64,000 nt of DNA. Origin: Zygnema circumcarinatum SAG 698-1b (Eukaryota > Plantae > Zygnematophyceae). The stretch lies in NCBI GenBank assembly GCA_037447605.1, contig CM074814.1:2914001-2978000 (forward strand). Reading direction: 5' to 3'. Under the pieces are notes generated by a model that saw nothing but the letters and a program-made list of their open reading frames with translations, searched no databases and was not told the DNA's origin. Every line of letters starts with the position of its first letter. Position 1 is the stretch's first letter. A program made the translations under genes and the position numbers. Of this stretch, positions 60,948-64,000 are shown piece after piece.

Positions 60948-62601
60948 GGGTAGTGATATTTCCACCCCTTTTTTGGATCCAAACACCCCTTCCCGGCCGG
61001 GCAGATTTCAAAAGGGATTAAAAACGGAAAATGCTTTTTTCACACCTTTTTGGAATCGATACCCCACCTTCTTCCGTCGGCTGATTTTATTTTTGCTAAC
61101 CAAGGAAAATGATACCCCGTCACTGCATTTTGAATACTGTATCCCGCCTCCCTGAATTTTTTTGGGGGCGACTATTTACAGTGTACGGATTCTGAATGTA
61201 GTGTACGATTTCGCCGGGCAGCAAAAAAATCCTTTTTTTGGTTGCCGGCGCTGTTTCATACTTTTTAGAATAGATACAGACCTTTTTTCGTCGGATGTAC
61301 GGATAGTGATTTGAAATGTACGAAGCGCGCGCGTCTACAAGGTAGAAGGGCGCAACACGTGGAGCGACATGATTGGTGCGGCAACATATGACGTGGCAAG
61401 TATGTTTGGGACCGTGACGTGACGAAACGAGACGCGAAAAAAGTGGAGTCCGCGGACGGCAGTCGGAAATGGCGGGAATTAAAACTGACAGAGGAAGATA
61501 GGGCACATAACGTAGCGTGTTTGAGGAAAAATCTGTCAGTTTTTATTCCCGCCATTTCCGACTGCCGTCCGCGGACTCCACTTTTTTCGCGTCTCGTTTC
61601 GTCACGTCACGGTCCCAAACATACTTGCCACGTCATATGTTGCCGCGACCAATCATGTTGCTCCACGTGTTGCGCCCTTATACCTTGTAGACGCGCGCGC
61701 TTCGTACATTTCAAATCACTATCCGTACATCCGACGAAAAAAGGTCTGTATCTATTCTAAAAAGTATGAAACAGCGCCGGGCAACCAAAAAAGGATTTTT
61801 TTTCTGCCCGGCGAAATCGTACACTACATTCAGAATCCGTACACTGTAAATAGTCGCCCCCATTTTTTTTTAGAGGGAAAGAAATATCTGCCAGCCCGAA
61901 TCCGCTCGAAGTGGAAGATCCGTCCGCCACGAGATCGTTCGCGGGTGTCCGTCCTTCACACGTGTGTGTCCATCGCAGCTGTCGATTCCCTCGCAGATCG
62001 CACCACTGCAGGTCACCGTTCGATCTGCAGCCGGGCTCGATCTCAGCGAATGGAAAGCGCCCACGAGTCCCGTCAAAGCCGGATCGCACGTGCGAGTGCG
62101 CGCGTCCCTCGGCCAGAGATCTCGTGATTGTCAGCTCCCAGCCAATCAACAGCTGCCACGTGTTACATTTTTGACGTGGAAAATTTTGATTGGTCCAAGC
62201 TCTCAATGTACGAAATTTTGGGTTCCTCAAAGTTGCGACCGTACGCAATTCGTACGGACAAACTTTTGAGACGACTTTGGCGGATACGTGGGCACTTGCC
62301 ATTCGCTGTGACCGAGCCCTGCTGCAGATCAAATAGTGATCTGCCGAGTTGCGATCTGCGAGGGAATCGACGGCTGCGATGACCGCACGCGTGAAAAAAA
62401 ATTCAGGTAAGCGGGATATTCAAAATGGGGTGACGGGTTATCATTTTCCTTGTTTCGCAAAAATAAAATCTGCCGATGGAGGGTGGGTATCGATTCCAAA
62501 AAGGTGTGAAAAAAGCATTTTCCGTTTTTAATCCTTTTTGAAATCTGCCCGGCCGGGAAGGGGTGTTTGGATCCAAGAAAGGGGTGGAAATATCACTACC
62601 C
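60948..62601. mobile_element. Non-autonomous foldback element with 8-bp TSD (TAGAAATT), same family as 36305-37286 in opposite orientation; hosts a nested element
   Basis: Ends are GGGTAGTGATATTTCCACCCC and GGGGTGGAAATATCACTACCC. TAGAAATT occurs at 60940-60947 and 62602-62609. The interior 61870-62390 is homologous to the 36.3-37.3 kb element. Confidence 0.92.
61164..61861. mobile_element. Nested near-perfect foldback element (698 bp; arms about 327 bp, spacer about 40 bp) with 8-bp TSD (ATTTTTTT)
   Basis: Ends are GGGGGCGACTATTTACAGTGTACGG and CCGTACACTGTAAATAGTCGCCCCC. It is inserted in the host T-run, and ATTTTTTT flanks both sides. Confidence 0.9.
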
Positions 62602-63531
62602 TAGAAATTCATTAGAAACAAGCTTTTTCAGGGACACGTGTCGCCCTGGGAACGCTCCACGCCCCCCCTCTGCAAGTTGGTCGGCCAAATCAGCGCGACT
62701 ACTGCCACCTGGCCGCCGTCGATTGGCCCGTCGTCCAGAGATCTTTTAGGACGGGCGGGCAGGCGGGCGTTATCACATTTCGGGCCGTTTCCGTTTCCGG
62801 CCGTACGCTCACACGCGCCGACTGGCGGGGGGCGGCGCGCTGACGTCACGCCCTGCTGCCCGCAGCGCACGTGGCGCGGCCGGGCCTTGTCGCGTTGCGC
62901 GGCGCGGTTCCCTGCGAAGGGCGACCGTCGGGGCCGACAGTTCCGTGTGCCGAGGGAGGCTCGCCAGTCGCGGGCTGCCACCGGGCGAGCAGCCTGAGAT
63001 TTCACTTTTATTTGGCTCCTCCATTCAGGGACTGCCACGGGGCGCAGTCGGTGCAGATGCGGCCGTGGCGCAACTGCCGGCGGGAGCATGGAACCGCTCC
63101 ACCGACGGCGGCCCCAACCGCCCCCCTCTCGCGGGGAAGGGGGCGCGCCCCCTTAAGGGCGGCCATGGCAGCAGCTCTCTGAATGCGCTCCGCCACTGCC
63201 CCGCCACTGCCCCTCCCCTCTCTTCCCCGTCCATCCCCTCCCCGCCCCTCCCCTACCTTCCCCGCACCTCCCCTCCCCTCCCATTGCCGCCCCTCCCCTC
63301 CCCTCCCCGCCCCTCCCCTCCACTCCCCGCCCCTCCTCTCCCCTCCCCTCCCCTCCCCTCCTCGCCCCTCCCCTCCCCGCATCTCCCCTTCCCTTTTCTC
63401 CCCGCCCCTCCTCTTCCCTCCCTGCCCCTCCCCTCCCCTCCCCTCCCCGCCCCTCCCCTCCCTGTCCCGCCCCTCCCCTTGCGAGGTCCCAGGGCGGCAG
63501 TTCCGCATTGCTGCGCCGCGTGGTCGCGAAG

Positions 63532-64000
63532 ATGACAAAGAAGCGGATGGCGCGGGGAGAGGCCCTGCCTGTGGCGTCGGCGGCGCGGCAGGCAGGCGGG
63601 GCCGCGCGACTCTCAGGCGCGGTGGCGGCGCAGGCGCCGATGATGCTGGCGCTGGCGCTGTTCGTGTGGGCGCTCACCATCTTCCGCGCGCGGCCCCCCC
63701 TCGCCCCGCCGGGCGGCTGCGGCCCGGCCGGGGGCGCGGGGGCGCTGCTCGCGGGGCTGCTGGGCGGCGCGCGCCTCCCGCAGGCCGCGGTGCTCGCGGA
63801 GGGGCGGGGGCGGCCGCGCGCGCTGCTCGCCCGGGGGGACGCGCCCGCGCTCACCGTCTTCTGCGCGCCCAAGCCCTTCGGGAACGACTCCGATGGCACG
63901 CAGAGGCGGGCGCTGCTCTCTTGGCTCGCGCTTGACCCCGTGCCCAAAGTAGTGCTGCTGGGAGATGATCCGAGCTTCCTGGAGATTGAGAAGGAGTTTC
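63532..64000 (+). CDS. RAY1-like type II membrane glycosyltransferase (beta-arabinofuranosyltransferase-like), 5' end; continues beyond the window
   Basis: A TM segment [15 protein letters not shown] is followed by [10 protein letters not shown]...[19 protein letters not shown], resembling the N-terminal domain of plant RAY1. Confidence 0.65.
   Translation, partial: MTKKRMARGEALPVASAARQAGGAARLSGAVAAQAPMMLALALFVWALTIFRARPPLAPPGGCGPAGGAGALLAGLLGGARLPQAAVLAEGRGRPRALLARGDAPALTVFCAPKPFGNDSDGTQRRALLSWLALDPVPKVVLLGDDPSFLEIEKEF

Noticed and set aside
61120-62531. ORFs inside the foldback elements as a transposase
   Set aside because: They are short, mirrored on both strands because of the palindrome, and have no DDE motifs.
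62945-63535. Extensin-like (SPPLP)n ORFs; similar at 20062-20240 and 60329-60514
   Set aside because: These are translations of (CCCCT)n tracts in UTR, intron or intergenic positions.
1-64000. tRNA, rRNA, CRISPR arrays, LTR/LINE coding regions
   Set aside because: None recognisable by eye. A tRNAscan/Infernal run would be needed to exclude small ncRNAs.

Overview
Intron-rich eukaryotic nuclear DNA, most likely from a streptophyte (charophyte-grade) green alga. The evidence is plant-specific genes (NMCP/CRWN, TGD1, PUB62-like, RAY1-like) alongside bacterial- or cyanobacterial-type genes that carry GT-AG introns. Genes were assembled by hand across splice sites. In order they are: the 3' part of GINS subunit PSF1 (+); a very long NMCP/CRWN lamin analogue (-) containing a probably artefactual 1.4-kb duplication between N gaps; PDAP1-like (+); a soluble PAS hybrid histidine kinase (+); secreted parallel beta-helix glycoprotein copy A (-); DUF1349 (+); beta-helix copy B (+); a long U-box protein (+); TGD1 (+); beta-helix copy C (-); a cyanobacterial-type GIY-YIG protein (-) head-to-head with a 2Fe-2S ferredoxin-like gene (+); and the 5' end of a RAY1-like glycosyltransferase (+). 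Non-coding features include a family of non-autonomous foldback elements with GG(G) ends, one nested inside another with exact 8-bp TSDs. Also present are a 432-bp perfectly palindromic (ATGC)n tract abutting a splice acceptor, an interstitial (TTTTTAGGG)6 array, and clusters of G-box and CCGTAC motifs. The best candidates for undescribed biology are the three-member beta-helix family and its bacterial-like neighbours (sensor kinase, DUF1349), the giant NMCP, the U-box/WHIM3-like fusion and the foldback family. All homology calls come from recognising motifs by eye; no searches were run. Most short ORFs in the supplied track are spurious.
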